Below, in pieces: positions 29,881-43,919 of a stretch of 64,000 bases of DNA (its first letter is position 1; each line of letters starts with the position of its first letter). The notes below the pieces were generated by a model. The model saw only the letters and a program-made list of their open reading frames with translations. It was not told the DNA's origin and did no database searches. The stretch is taken from NCBI GenBank assembly GCA_009914755.4, contig CP086569.2, positions 9,920,001-9,984,000 on the forward strand, written 5' to 3'. The DNA is from the human T2T-CHM13v2.0 reference genome, Homo sapiens. A program made the position numbers and the translations under genes.

Positions 29881-31639
29881 CTGAGGTTTTAATCATTGTT
29901 CTATTTTCTTCATGTACACATATTTTAGAGTGATTGAAATCACATATTTTATTTACTTACTCAACACTTGGTAGGATTTTAAATGTAATGTTTTCATTCA
30001 CTACAGTATTGTGAATAGGTTAAACCTTGTATAGTGTCGTCATTCTGTCTTTCATAAATTATTCAAGAATTCTGATGCTGTTTTTCTCCCACCTGAGGAG
30101 AACATGCAGATAGTTATAAAAAATTGTGTGAGTGGGTAGGTATGAATACATAATTTGAAAGCATAGTAAAGTTCACAAATTCAATTTCACATTTGTATTT
30201 TGCATCATTTTGAAATTTTTATTTGCTGACACATGAAATTCTGTATTGACTTTCATGTTAAATAGACACTTCTGAATCAATCTGAAGAATGAAAACAATC
30301 CAAGGCCAAGCATTAGTTCAGGAAGTAAGTAGAAAGCAGTTGTTATGTAGAAAAAGCATATTTATTGAAGGTATATTTAGAGATATTTTAGGAGGCTTAA
30401 GTCAATATTTTGTTTTTGTTGTTCTGGTGTTTTATCATACTGTGAGCAGACTGTAGCATCACTAGTTATAGTCACTAGGCTACCAAAGTCTCAGGGCTGC
30501 AGTAATTATTATTGAAGAAAGTGGCAGTGTGGTTGGCTGTTTAAGGAGACTAGAGGACTTAGGAGTTTGCGCTCAAGGCATAAGGGCCTGGTTTAGTGGG
30601 TGGCCTTCTTTTGCTGAAGTAGATAAGATCCAGGAGAAGTGTGAACTCACTGTAGTAGCTAGGGCTTTGAGACTATTGAAGCCTATATGTCTCCAACTGC
30701 CATTGCCAGATATTGGTCTGCACATAATGGCACTTCCTGGACTCACTGACTCCTGTAAATTCAAATGCAGAATTTGGATTTAAATCCCTGTTCCAACATC
30801 TTAAACTTACATCTAATAAATGGATAATAAAATATGTATTCAGAAGAAAGTGAGACATCAGATAAGTACACAAGAAAATCATCCTGATCAAATACATTCG
30901 AAAATATTACTACAAAAAAATCAGAGGATTAAGCCTTAAAAAGTTATTTAATTGGGGAAATAGGAAAAGGTTAGACTGTTTTCAACTTTGAGGTGTGAAG
31001 ATACTATTATTAGAATATGGGAATTATATATAATGTCTAATTTGTTTCAAGTGCAGCATGCTAGCTATTTAGTATGGCTAGAGATTAACAACCCATGTAA
31101 GAAAACTCAGAGATTAACAACAAATTTTTTTCAGAGATTTTTTTCTGTAATTAAAGACTTTTAAAATGGTTTCCTGTTGATCAATGATTCACTTAAATTT
31201 TTCATTTAAGCATATGCTGTATACCCTTTAACATAGGGACAAAGTTATATTTTCTATCATGTAGATAGAAAAAACATTTGACTGTGTACACATTTGCATT
31301 AGAGTCTTTGGCCTGGGTAATGAAGCAAACAATGGAACTGCCTATGTCAGGGTACAGGTGGGCACAGCTGGAAGCTTCCATCACTTGCACCTTTAACATT
31401 TCTAGAAACTCATCATTCTCTCCTAGGAAGAAAAATGGAGTATAACCATCCTAAGGAACATATGTTACATTTAAACACTAAGTATTGAGATAAAACCATG
31501 AACTGTCTTATCACTGTGTCATCATTACTTTAAACTTGTACGTATAACCTATACAAATAAATTCAGTTTATTTTGTCACCATTACCATTTTACATGATAT
31601 GTTTATGTATTTCATTCGCTTTCTAGTCCTTGATTTTTT

Positions 31640-32228
<589 letters not shown>

Positions 32229-32970
32229 CTTTAATCACTTTTTAAATGCCACCCTTCAAAAGTAATAAGTAAATTTTTACTTACGAAATTCCAAATTCCA
32301 AGTCAAGTTCAGCTTCTTTTTCACAAAGAGGGAAAAACAAACAAAACAAAACAAAAACTTCTTTTTCCTTTTTTTTTAGTCACCAAAGAGTTGGAAAGCA
32401 AATCATCTCTACTTTAGTTTACAAAATTGACTGTACAGAGAAAGATACTCATATAATTGTTTTCAGATCTAAAATCCTATGAAGTTATCATCAGAACCAT
32501 CAACTTATAACATGAAAACAAATTTCATATTGGGTTTTTTATGTGCATTAAATATCTTATAATTAGTAATTTATACAGTTGTGATCATACTTCTTCCTTG
32601 AACCATAATATTAAAAATATGAACCTCATTTTGTAGAACTGCTACCCTAATAAGAAAACTCACTGCTGACCTGGTATAATAATCTGTGGTGCAGACAGCC
32701 AGCATTCTGAACTATTCAGGTTCTTCAGATAGCCCAAGGGTGCTGAGAGCCAAATGGGAGTCTGGACATCTTGGAGGAGTAGCAATGCCAGGTCATTCCT
32801 TGCTGCCCCATTCACCAACTGGCACCTCTCATGCAGTAGAATGGTAGACACCTTCACAACTCTCATTGGTGCCCCAGGGTGCCTCAGGCCCAGAATCACA
32901 GCAGTGTCTTCAGGATTCCTGTATGCATAGGCAAATATTTATTATAGTACATTCTTTAGAAAACCTGAAA

Positions 32971-33209
32971 CTTCCGCAATGGTTGAACTAGTTTACTGTC
33001 CCACCAGTGTGTAAAGGTGTTCCTATTTCTCCACATCCTCTCCAGCATCTGTTGTTTCCTGACTTTTAAATGATTGCCATTCTAAGTGGTGTGAGATGGT
33101 ATCTCATTGTGGTTGTGATTTGCATTTTTCTGATGGCCAGTGATGATGAACATTTTTTCTTGTGTCTGTTGGCTGCATAAATGTCTTCTTTTGAGAAGTG
33201 TCTGTTCAT
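32971..33209 (-). mobile_element. Inverted 5' piece (L1 positions about 5250-5475) of a twin-primed L1
   Basis: This is the reverse complement of the ORF2 segment [46 protein letters not shown]. Confidence 0.75.
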
Positions 33210-33790
33210 TCCTCCAGGATCTAGAACTAGACATACCATTTGACCCAGCCATCCCATTACTGGGATTATACATGAAAGATTATAAATCTTGCTGCTATAA
33301 AGAAATATACACACGTATGTTCATTGTGGCACTAGTCACAACAGCAAAAACTTGGAATGAACCCAAATGTCCATCAAAGATAGACTGGATTAAGACAATG
33401 TGGCATATATACACCATGGAATACTATGCAGCCATAAAAAGGATGAGTTCATGTCCTTTGTGGGGATACGGATGAAGCTGGAAACCATCATTCTCAGCAA
33501 ACTATCCCAAGGAAAAAAAAACAAACACCACATGTTCTCACTCATAGGTAGGAACTGAACAATGAGAACACTTAGACACAAGAAGGGGAACATCACACAC
33601 CAGGGCCTGTCATGGGGTGGGGGGAGTGGGGAGGGAGATAGTGTTAGGAGATATACCTAAAGTAAATGATGAGTTAATGGGTGCAGCACACCAACATGGC
33701 ACATGTTTACATATATAACAAACCTGCATATTGTGCACATGTACCCTAGAACTTAAGGTATAATAAAAAAAGTTAAAAAAAAAAGAAAAC
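33210..33790 (+). mobile_element. Forward 3' piece (L1 positions about 5470-6020 plus poly-A) of the same twin-primed L1
   Basis: The L1 ORF2 end and 3' UTR are followed by a poly-A tail at 33765-33790. A TSD-like agaaaacct(g/c)aa lies at 32957-32969 and 33783-33795. Confidence 0.8.
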
Positions 33791-36700
33791 CTCAACCTTA
33801 AGTCTACATCAGGCTTTCCAGTATATTGCTTTAGTCATGATACACAAGGTCCCTAGCTCATCTTCGGAGAAATCAGAAATCTATGAATAAAGAGTCCATA
33901 GACAATGGGATTGCAGAGGAATTAACTAACAGAGGTACTATAAGCCAAACACAGTGAGACAATTTCTTTTTAGCCTAAAAAAAGTTATCTGTACAAGTGA
34001 GATGGTCATGCATTATAGAAGTGAATTTGGACATAGACACCATCAGCAATGTAATTATGGGATAATGAGTTATACAGTTGAGAAGAGGCAGGCACAATCT
34101 TACACGTTGCTAACATAGTGGGCAGCTGTGAGAACCCAAGAGCTGCTAACTATGGCAGACATGACTGCCAAAGATGTTGATCCCAGCCTTCCAAGGCATG
34201 GCGTATTCAAGAGAAATCTGATCTGCTGAAGCTGAGGAGGAATAATAAGCTAACTGTGCTAATTTAAATAGAATTGCCATTTGTAGACCATTTTTTAAAG
34301 TTTTAAATCCCTCCTATTTCTGCTATTTGAGTCAGAATTGTTAAATATGACTAACAAAGACAAACTTCTACTTCTTCTGTGTTTATGAATTTTTCTTGAA
34401 AATAAGTATGCCTCTTATTATCTTTCCAAGATCATAGTTTCTTTAAGTCCTAGCTTAAGTTTATTTAATCAAAATACTGGGAGTCATTCCAGCTTTCTCC
34501 CCCATTGCAACATTTATATATCTATGATTTTAGCTACTTAGAAGTCACTGAAGTAGATAGGCAACAAAAAATGCAATGATTTGAAGATATTAGATAAATA
34601 ATGAAAAATTTGGAGATAAAGCACCTGTCTCTAAATTGGAGAGGGCTTATCTTCATAAACTTATAATGTTAGTAAGATACCAAACCAATACTTTAAATAG
34701 AAAATCCAAGTCTGAGTTTCAGGAAAGAGCTCATATTTTTAAAATCATTTGAGAGTTCCTCAGAAAATTGAGTGGAAGATATACTCATCATTATATAAAT
34801 AGGGAGAGAAAAATGGTGAAGATAATCTGTCTATAGAAGGGGTAAGCAACTAGAGATGAAATTGGAAGCATAACTAAGATCTTATATGTAATTGTCTCTG
34901 AATTAGACTTTGGAGGATGTGAGCAAATAATTATGGCCTCCTTTATGTTTTAAATGTATTATTCACCGTAGCTATGGCAATGGGTGTTAGGTATAAAATA
35001 GCTGTGGTTAAGAGCATGTTTAATTGATGAGACCGAAAGAGATGTCTCAATTTCCAAGAAAATAAGAGGATAGACAGTAATGTGAAATAGCCATTGCTAA
35101 TATTCTGGTAGGTTTTCTAGCAGCCAAGGGAAGGGAGAAACTGATAATCCCAATGTAATGCAGTCTGGTACACCGTCACCTACATCTCATTACTTACCAA
35201 CTATGCTGTTTCCAAATATCATATCTTTAACTTAAAATATACTTAATTTAAAATAACTCTATTACAAATGTAAGCTTCTGTGTGGTAGTAAAGAAATATC
35301 TTTGTATTAGGAGAGTGTGTCTTAATGATAACCCAGTTCATCTTTTGACATGGGAATTTGATCAGTCCATTGTATTTATGTAGTATCAGAATATACATTT
35401 AAGATAAGTATAATAATCATGTTATGTGTTCTATATCAGAGTAATCTATGGGGATACTCTGGGAATTGTATCATATATCAAGTATGAAATGCCTTTGTAA
35501 GCCAAAAAGAAAATAATTTCTATGATTTGGTAGATAAAAAACTCATGCATTTCTCAGGAAGAGCTTTAGCTCCCATTTCCTTCTCTCTATTATTTTATAT
35601 TTCCATTTTCTTCTTCCTTTACTTGTCCTACCAGGTTTTTGAGCCTTACTCTGAGGCTGTGGCAGAGAGATGAAATGTGGCCACATTGAAGTGGGAGTGG
35701 GGATAAAAGCTGAAGCATTTGTAGAAGTAGACTGAAAGGGACATGGAAGCAGAAGTAGTCATGGGCCCTTGGTGTTGCCAGGGTCCATGGCTAGGTCATG
35801 TCACTCCTTGGAGCCAGAAAAGGAAAGAGTGCACTTGCCTGAAGACATAAGGCTTTGTGCAATGCTCCTCAAAATGACTCAAGATTCCCACTTGCACCCA
35901 AGTGTCCTTTTGGTGTAGATGGCACACCAAAGGTGCTGCCAGTTCACCCTGCAAGAAACAAGAGAGAAGATAGCAATCAATATTTTGAAGGAGGGCCAGA
36001 AGTAACTTTTGGTGTTCAAGATATTCCTCTTTCTCCCTGGCAGTCACACCCCGTGAATTTGTCACCTTACAGCCAGGCTCCCACATAGCTTTCTGGGCCT
36101 CCACACAAAAAGTGAATTCCTTCAGCTTTGGGCAAAATTTGGTACAAGTGCTGACTTGTAGGACGCTCAGGTGCTGTTTTTGCAGAACTACAGGACTTCC
36201 TGATAGAAAACAGAGAAGAGGTGTTTGTGTTTGCTTGTTTTCAAACCTAGCCTAGATTAGAGAGAGAAGTATGGTGAAGAGAAAGACAAGTTATTTATTA
36301 TTCAAGAGAGGATAATATTATCTTTCCAAACATGCTTCTCTTCCATCCCACTGTCTTCTTCATTACTCAGCCCTCATAAGGGACCAACAGGTAGTCAACA
36401 GCCATATACTAGTATAAATTTCTCCTGTTCCAGACTCTCCTTTGGGCATATAGGAAGGACCAGGGTTTGAAAATATAGTGGCTGCTTCAGGAAGATCAAT
36501 ACAGGTCCCAGAAGTCCCTTGGGACCTAGGTAGGGTATGGCACAGTCAATGCTGACAGTCTGAGCAGAATCCAGAAGATGATTAAGCCCCACTTGGACCA
36601 GGACCAGGGCTGCTGAGTTTTTCAGGGGAAAAAAGTCAATAAAAAGTCATATTATTTCTACATTTCAATTTGAATAAAGCCCTGGAGGTCACATGAATCA

Positions 36701-36804
36701 GATGAAGTCCAGCAAAGCACTAAAATACAAATACTCCTCTAGAAACTATTTTCAAGGTTTATTTGAGAACAGGTGGGCAACATGATAAGACTTTAATTCT
36801 GCTG

Positions 36805-36976
36805 AAAAAAATAGCCAGATGCATTGGTGTGTGCCTGTGGTCCCAGGTACTCAGGAGGCAGAGGTAGGAGAATTCCTTAATCTTGGTAGTTTGAGGCTAC
36901 TCTGAATCATGCCACAGCACTCCAGCCTGGGCAACAGAGCAAGACCCTGTCTCTATCTATCTTTCTCTCTGTCTTT

Positions 36977-36978
<2 letters not shown>
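36805..36978 (+). mobile_element. Alu right-arm fragment
   Basis: Reads ..ggtcccaggtactcaggaggcagaggtaggag..cactccagcctgggcaacagagcaagaccctgtctc. Confidence 0.7.
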
Positions 36979-37013
<35 letters not shown>

Positions 37014-37020
37014 ACACACA
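36979..37020. repeat. (CA)n microsatellite, about 20 repeats with one interruption
   Basis: Read directly from the sequence. Confidence 0.95.
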
Positions 37021-38039
37021 AATAAAGGGAAATATATTCATTTATAATCTCAATGTTGTTATTGTTTTATAATGATATCTTAATCTTAAGATGAATTACT
37101 TAGACTCACATAAAATTGGCACATCTAGCTGTAGTAAGGAACCACTGTTCATTTAGTATGGAGCCAGCACAGACATGAGAGAAAGTGGTACAGCAACTAT
37201 CCAAGGGAATTCACCAATTTCTGACTCCCAGCAGTTGGGACAGAGGGTGACATTGCCAGGGCATAATCCACACTCTGCAGAAGGAATATACATATGGAAT
37301 AGAGTGAGATTAGTGTTACTACTCTTCCATTTCTAAAATCTAATTTTAGGTTTTTAGGAATAAGCTTGGAAATTCAGTATCTTCAATCTGAGAAAATCCT
37401 TGGAAATATACATTATTCATCCTACAAGTTTAGATATACTACAGAGGTTATCTGCATGCTTTTCCTTCAAATAATAATTTAATGTATATATAAATATATA
37501 TCTTATTATTTATATCCAAGATATTATACTATTATCCAATAATGTGTGTATATATTTATATACCTCAAGTGGAATAATAAATCCTTTCTAAGAAGTAAGA
37601 CTATCTTTAAAATACTGTTCTCTGAATAGAATTGTGTTTATAAAACATAGCCCACAAATCCTGTCTGGCAAAAATAAGATATTCTCTCAATATTGGGATG
37701 TCTGTGCTGATTCATACAATAACATAAATTTTGGTTTTGCAAAGGTTTGAGGACATAACCTCTGATCTTACAAACTGTGGTTTTAGGGTTCAACAAGAGT
37801 CTTTGTACCAGGTATAATAACTTAAACATATGACTAGACCAAAGGTGTCTGTGGTTTCATGAGAAATAACAACTATTCTGAAGAGCCAGAAAGCCTGCAA
37901 ACTTTCTTTCCAGATCACAGCTAGTTGACACTCAACCAGGGAAACATTTGAGTTCTGAATGCCTAAGAGGTTGTTGTTCAGACTTGGGTCCAGATTGTCC
38001 AGGCATCAGATGAGGTTATTTTGTTAAAAGTGTGGCTGC

Positions 38040-38320
38040 AGCAGCATGCAAGAATGAAAAAGAATGAGAAAGAATGGACTCTTCAGGAAATGTTGAGGAA
38101 AATATTTTCTGAAGGGCGTTAGCAGAAGAGGCTATGGAAAGGAGAATAGGAGAGGAGACAAGAGGAGAAATAACTGAACAAGATGGGAAAATGAAGAATG
38201 AAGGGAATGTACCAGAAGAAAAGACGGAACAAGAAGGGCACAGTGTACATGGAGATGGAAGAGAATAAGAAAGAGGAAGGAAAATGGAGGAAGAAAGAGA
38301 GATAAGAGAGGTACCTGGGA
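38040..38320. repeat. Purine-rich (GA/GAA-rich) low-complexity tract
   Basis: Reads aggaaggaaaatggaggaagaaagagagataagagagg and similar. Confidence 0.7.
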
Positions 38321-38569
38321 CATCAGGGCATTGTTTTATTTGGATAATTTTTAATTTCCTGCTTTAGTGCTGGTAAACAGCTCTTCCAGGAAGCCAAATG
38401 CTTGTAAGCTGGCTTGGTTGGAGATAATTGATTTCATATTGGCTTTCTGAGGCAGTTATCTCAGTTAACAGAGAGATAAAATACTGATCTGGGAAAGAAA
38501 CAGTTTTTTACAGGCAAAAAGAGTGCACGTTTAGACAAGCAGCCAAAATGACTCATTAATAGTGTCTCT

Positions 38570-41500
38570 CAGACTCAATTTCAGGAGGAGAAAACTATGC
38601 ACTTATATCAGCCTTATAATGGGTTCTGGGTCTTAGTATTTCTGTTTCAGGCTGGATCCAGGTTCTTACTATGCCAGCTTTAAAAACACCAAAGGATTCA
38701 ATAATATCAGCTTCAGACTGGATCCAGTGTCTGTCTGCTTAGGTTACAGGCAGTATCCAAGATATGAGTGTTCTTCCCATAAGCAAGGTCCATGTTTTGA
38801 CTACTGGAGATGGAACCTTGGGCCAGAATCTTAGTAGGAAGGATTCAGACTGGATAAAAGATGGAATTATATCAACTACCAGCTGGATCCAGGGACTGAC
38901 TCTTTGAGATTTTGAATAAGCCCGTGATCTGCCTTTATTCATGTGAATGTAAAATGAAGATCTGACTATATCAGTTTCCTGCTTGATCCAGGATCTCACT
39001 GCTTGGGTTTCAGGTGGGTCCAGGTTGGATATGTAGCAACTCTTTGCTGAGTCTAGGGCCAAAATATACCAACTTCAGTCTGGGGCCAGGGAGAGAGCAG
39101 CTAACTTTCAGGATGAATCCAGGGTCTAACTGTATCACATTGAGTCTATAAGCAAGATGTGACTGTATCAATTTCAGTCATGTTGCAGGGTTTCATTTCT
39201 TGACTTACAGTCCAAATTTGGAATACTTCAGTTTCAGGTTGGTTCCAAGATCTTATTGAATTCGAATCTGGAACCAGTATCTTATCACTGTATTGGCTTC
39301 AGAGTGGGTCCAGGGATGAATTTCAGAATAAGTCTATTGTATGATTGTAGCAGGTACATGCTGAGCCCAAGGGTAATTTATGCTAATTTGATTCTGGGTC
39401 CAGAAGTGTGTCATTTGAGATTCAAATTTGGTCCAGGTCCAAACTGCAGCGCTTTGAGCTGGGGACCAACTTGTCAACATACCTGCCTCAGGTCAGGTCC
39501 TAATTGCTTGAGATTCAGGCTCAGTCCATTGTTTTATTTTATCAGTTTCAGAATGGGCCCAGAGTCTGACTGTATTGGTTTCAGCATAGATCCAAGGTTG
39601 CAGAACATCACCTTCAGACTGGGTCCAGGGTCTGACTGCATTCTTTTCAGATTGGTTCAATGGGTGGATTATTTGCCATTCTGGCTTCATCCGGGTAGTA
39701 ACTCTGTGAGAATAAAGTTGAGTACCATTTCTTCTTACACTGTTTTGGGTCTGAAACCCAGCACTCAGAGTATTAATGTCAGGCATGGTCAAGCATTTCA
39801 CTGCCTGCATTTCAGCCTGATAAAGTAGTGTATCAGACAAGGATCGTATTAGTTTTACCTTGAGTCCAGGGGTGGATTGTGCCTGTTTCAGTCCAGATCC
39901 ATAGTTTTACTGTAGCAGCTTCAGAAATGATCTGGGGTCTCATTGTACCTACTTCAGATTGGGTACACAGGAAGGAGGCATCAGTTTCACATTGGATCCA
40001 TGTTATAAATGTTGTAGTTCTCTGTTTGGCCCAGGATTCAATTTTACCAAGTTCAAAGGGAGTAAATGTGCTTAATGTTTGAAATTCTGACTGAGCCCAA
40101 GGTTTTATTTTTTCTGTTCCAGTTTTAAACAAAGTTCTGTAACTAGAGCTTCAAGTTTGGACCATGGTTTTGCTGCCTGAGGCATAGGCACTATCCAAGA
40201 TACAAGTGTTCCAAATTTAGGCAAGGTCCATTCATCGATATTTTCAATTTAATGATGTGTCCATAAAATTGATGCTTGATTTTCATCTTGGATCAAAGGT
40301 TGTATGGTATCAGGTTGAGACAGTAATGAAATTCTATAAATAATTTAGCTTCAGGCATTGCCCAGAGTTTCTTAGCTTCAGTTTTAAGCATTGTCCAAAA
40401 TGAGCCCATATCACTCTGTGTATAAGAATTTGCAGCGGGAAAATCATCATAGGTCCACTTTGTGTCTGTGGAAGCTGCGGTCTCTGTCCATGTGTTTACC
40501 ACTGGAGACTCAGACTGGGATCATGGCATGATTGATTCAGACACAGTTAGTGTCCAGGCTTTTTCTGCTGAAGAGATATCCTGTGTCCATGGTAACACTG
40601 AGGAAACTATGGCCCATGCCCCTGGATTTTCTGCTGAAGATTCATCATATGTCCACGATGTAAGTATATCAGATACAGTCTGTGTCCAGGTAATTCCTAC
40701 TGGATACTGGGCCTGCAGCCACAGTATAATTTTGTCAGATACTGGCTGTGTGGAGGTAATGACTGCAGAAGATTCAGCCTGAGTCCACAGTGCAACTATA
40801 TCAAATATGGGATGTGGCCAGGGACTTGTTGCTAGAAGTAAAGCTTTGGTCCATGGGGTGACTTGGAAACTATTGACTCTATCCACGATTGACTGCTAGA
40901 GATACAGGCTGGGTCCACAATGATAATTTATTAAATATAGGCAGTAATCAGGGATTTACTGCTGAAGATTCAAATTGGATCAATCCTATGTATGTCTCAG
41001 ATACAGGCAGTATCCACATAATTAGTGCTGCAGATTCAGATTGGGACCATAATCTGGTTGTATTAGGTGAAGGTTGTGCACAGTCCTTTACTGTTGCACA
41101 TACAGCCTGTGCCCAAATTGTAGCTTTATAAAAAACAGGCTGTGTCCAGGTATTTATTGCTGGAAAATCAGCCTTGGTCCAGAGTGTAACTTAGGAAGCT
41201 ATAGCCTCTGTCCAGGTATTTATGGGTAGACATTCAGTTTGATGCCCTGTTTTCAGTGTAGCATGTAAACTTTGTGAAAAGAAGATTAATGATGGAGTTA
41301 CAGGCTGTGTACACAGTGTGAGTGTATCAGCAACAGGATTTGTCAAGGCATTTACTGCCGAAGATTCCGTCTGGGTCCATGGTGTGACTGTATCAATAGT
41401 CTTATCCTGCAACAGAGGACCTGGGGCTGGAGATTTGGACACTGTCCAGATGTTTACAATTGGAGACTTAGACTTCATCATGGGATTTACAGCTGGAAAT

Positions 41501-43160
41501 TCAGCCTCATTCCAAGTGATTACTTAGATGTTTTGTTTAGGTCCATAGTGTGACTGTATCAGGTACAGGTTGTAACCAGAAATTGATTGCTGAAGATTTG
41601 GTCTGTGTCCATGTTATGACTGTATCATCTAGAGCCTCTGTCCTGGGAATTATTATTAGAAATACAGCCATGTACTGCAGTGTGACTATACCAGTCACAG
41701 CCACTGTTAAGTGACTTATTGCTGGCAACATATCCTGGGTCCATGATGTGACTTTCTCAGTTTTAGACTGGCTCCATGGATTTACTGCTACATAAACATT
41801 CTTAGCCAATGGTTTCAATCTATCAGTAGAGTTTGTGTACAGAGATTATTGATTGTAGAATCAGCCTGAGTCCACAGTAAGACAATTTCTGCTTCAAGCT
41901 CTGTGGAGGGATTTACTGCTACTCTTACCTGCTTGGTTCTGTGGTATAACTAACTGTAGCAGGTATAGGCTGTGTCCAGGCATTTACTTTTGGACATTTA
42001 GTCTTGGTCCACTGTGTGAGGATATCAGTTTCATATTGTTTCCAGAGATGTATGGCAGGTGATTTGACTTGGTTCCATAGTTTGATTGTATAACCTATTG
42101 CCCTTGTCAAATGCTTTACTGCTGAAGACTCAGCCTGGGTCCATGGTATGAGTGTATCAGATACAGATTTGATCCAAGGCTTTCGTGTTAAAAATTCAAA
42201 CTGAGTCCACGAAATGTATCAGCTACAGGTTCTGTCCAGTACCCTACTACTGGAGGTTCAGCCTGAGGCCATAATGTGTCTGTATCATTCACAGGCTGTG
42301 TCCAAAGATTTCCTGCTGGAAATTCAGACTGTGCCGTTAGTGTGATAGTAGCAGCCCAAGGCAGTATTCATGGAAATCCTGCTGTTAATTCAGCCCCTTT
42401 CTATAGTGTGATACTATCAGCTATGGAGGTTGTCCAGGTATTCACTGATAGATATTCAATGTGGGTCCAAGCTATGACTATCAAAGGTATAGGCTGTGTC
42501 CATGGAATTTCTGCTGGAGATACAGCCTGGGCCCATGGTATGACTGTGGAAGTAACATCCTCTATGCACAGATTTACTGTTGGAGACTTGGCTTGTATCC
42601 ACAGGATAATGTTATCAAATTCAGGTAGTGTACAGAGTTTTACTGCTGAAGACTCATCTTGGTCCCATGGTTTGATTGTATAAGATAGATACTGTGTAAA
42701 TGGATTCATCGCTGGAGAGGCATCCTGAATCCATGGTATGTACTATCACCTAGAAACTTTGTACAGAGATTTATGGCTGGAAATTCAGGCTTGGTCCACA
42801 GCTTGTCTGCATCAGCTATTGTCTATGTCTATGAATTTACTGCTAGAGAATCATTCAGGATCAACTCTTTGACTGTATATGTTTCAGACTGTGTCCATGC
42901 ATTTCATTCTATAAATTCAGCCTGATTCCTTGGTAGGACTGTTGCGGAAGTCAGGAACCCTGAATGGAGGGACCAGCTGAAGCCATGGCAGAAGAACATA
43001 AATTGTGAAGATTTCATGGACATTTATTAGTTCCCCAAATTAATACTTTTATAATTTCTTACGCCTGTCTTTTTTTTATTTTTAAACTTTTTAGTAAAGA
43101 AATTAACAAAATTGACCAAATGTCAGGTGAAAGAAAGCATATTAATCTTAAATACATATA
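38570..43160. repeat. Degenerate tandem satellite, part 1. It has a 33-bp unit, and from about 40.4 kb onward a 66-bp dimeric higher-order unit.
   Basis: Near 39.5 kb the units repeat like atcagtttcagaatgggcccagagtctgactgt. Near 41-42.7 kb they repeat like ctgtgtccaggtatttactgctgaagattcagcctgggtccatggtgtgactgtatcagatacagg. There are hundreds of consecutive periodic copies in one orientation. Confidence 0.8.
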
Positions 43161-43918
43161 ATTATTATTATTTTTCTTAATTAATTTTTTTTAATTTTAA
43201 GTTTTAGGGTACATGTGCACATTGTGCAGGTTAGTTACATATGTATACATGTACCATGCTGGTGCGCTGCACCCACTAACTCGTCATCTAGCATTAGGTA
43301 TATCTCCTGATGCTATCCCTCCCCCCTCCCACCACCCCAAAACAGTCCCCAGAGTGTGATATTCCCCTTCCTGTGTCCATGTGATCTCATTGTTCAGTTC
43401 CCACCTATGAGTGAGAATATGCGGTGTTTGGTTTTTTGTTCTTGCGATAGTTTACTGAGAATGATGATTTACAATTTCATCCATGCCCCTACAAAGGACA
43501 TGAACTCATCATTTTTTATGGCTGCATAGTGCATGGTGTATATGTGCCACATTTTCTTAATCCAGTCTATCATTGTTGGACATTTGGGTTGGTTCCAAGT
43601 CTTTGCTATTGTGAATAATGCCACAATAAACATATGGGTGCATGTGTCTTCATAGCAGCATGATTTATAGTCCTTTGGGTATATACCCAGTAATGGGATG
43701 GCTGGGTCAAATGGTATTTCCAGTTCTAGATCCCTGAGGAGTCGCCACACTGACTTCCACAATGGTTGAACTAGTTTACAGTCCCACCAACAGTGTAAAA
43801 TTGTTCCTATTTCTCCACATCCTCTCCAGCACCTGCTGTTTCCTGACTTTTTAATGATTGCCATTCTAACTGGTGTGAGATGGTATCTCATTGTGGTTTT
43901 GATTTGCATTTCTCTGAT
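43160..43918 (-). mobile_element. L1 3' end fragment (ORF2 C-terminus plus 3' UTR) inserted into the satellite
   Basis: This is the reverse complement of the L1PA 3' end, for example ggtgcgctgcacccactaactcgtcatctagcattaggtatatctcc. An A/T-rich tail lies at 43160-43200. Confidence 0.85.
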
Positions 43919-43919
43919 G

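Noticed and set aside
39256-42709. Multiple ORFs of 100-190 aa on both strands inside the 33/66-bp repeat array, for example 39256..39828 (+), 40521..40886 (-) and 42276..42683 (+), that could be read as a repetitive protein gene
   Set aside because: The repeat period of 33 bp is a multiple of 3, so any stop-free monomer frame stays open across the array. Both strands and several frames are open at once. No start context, splice signals or codon-position pattern is evident.
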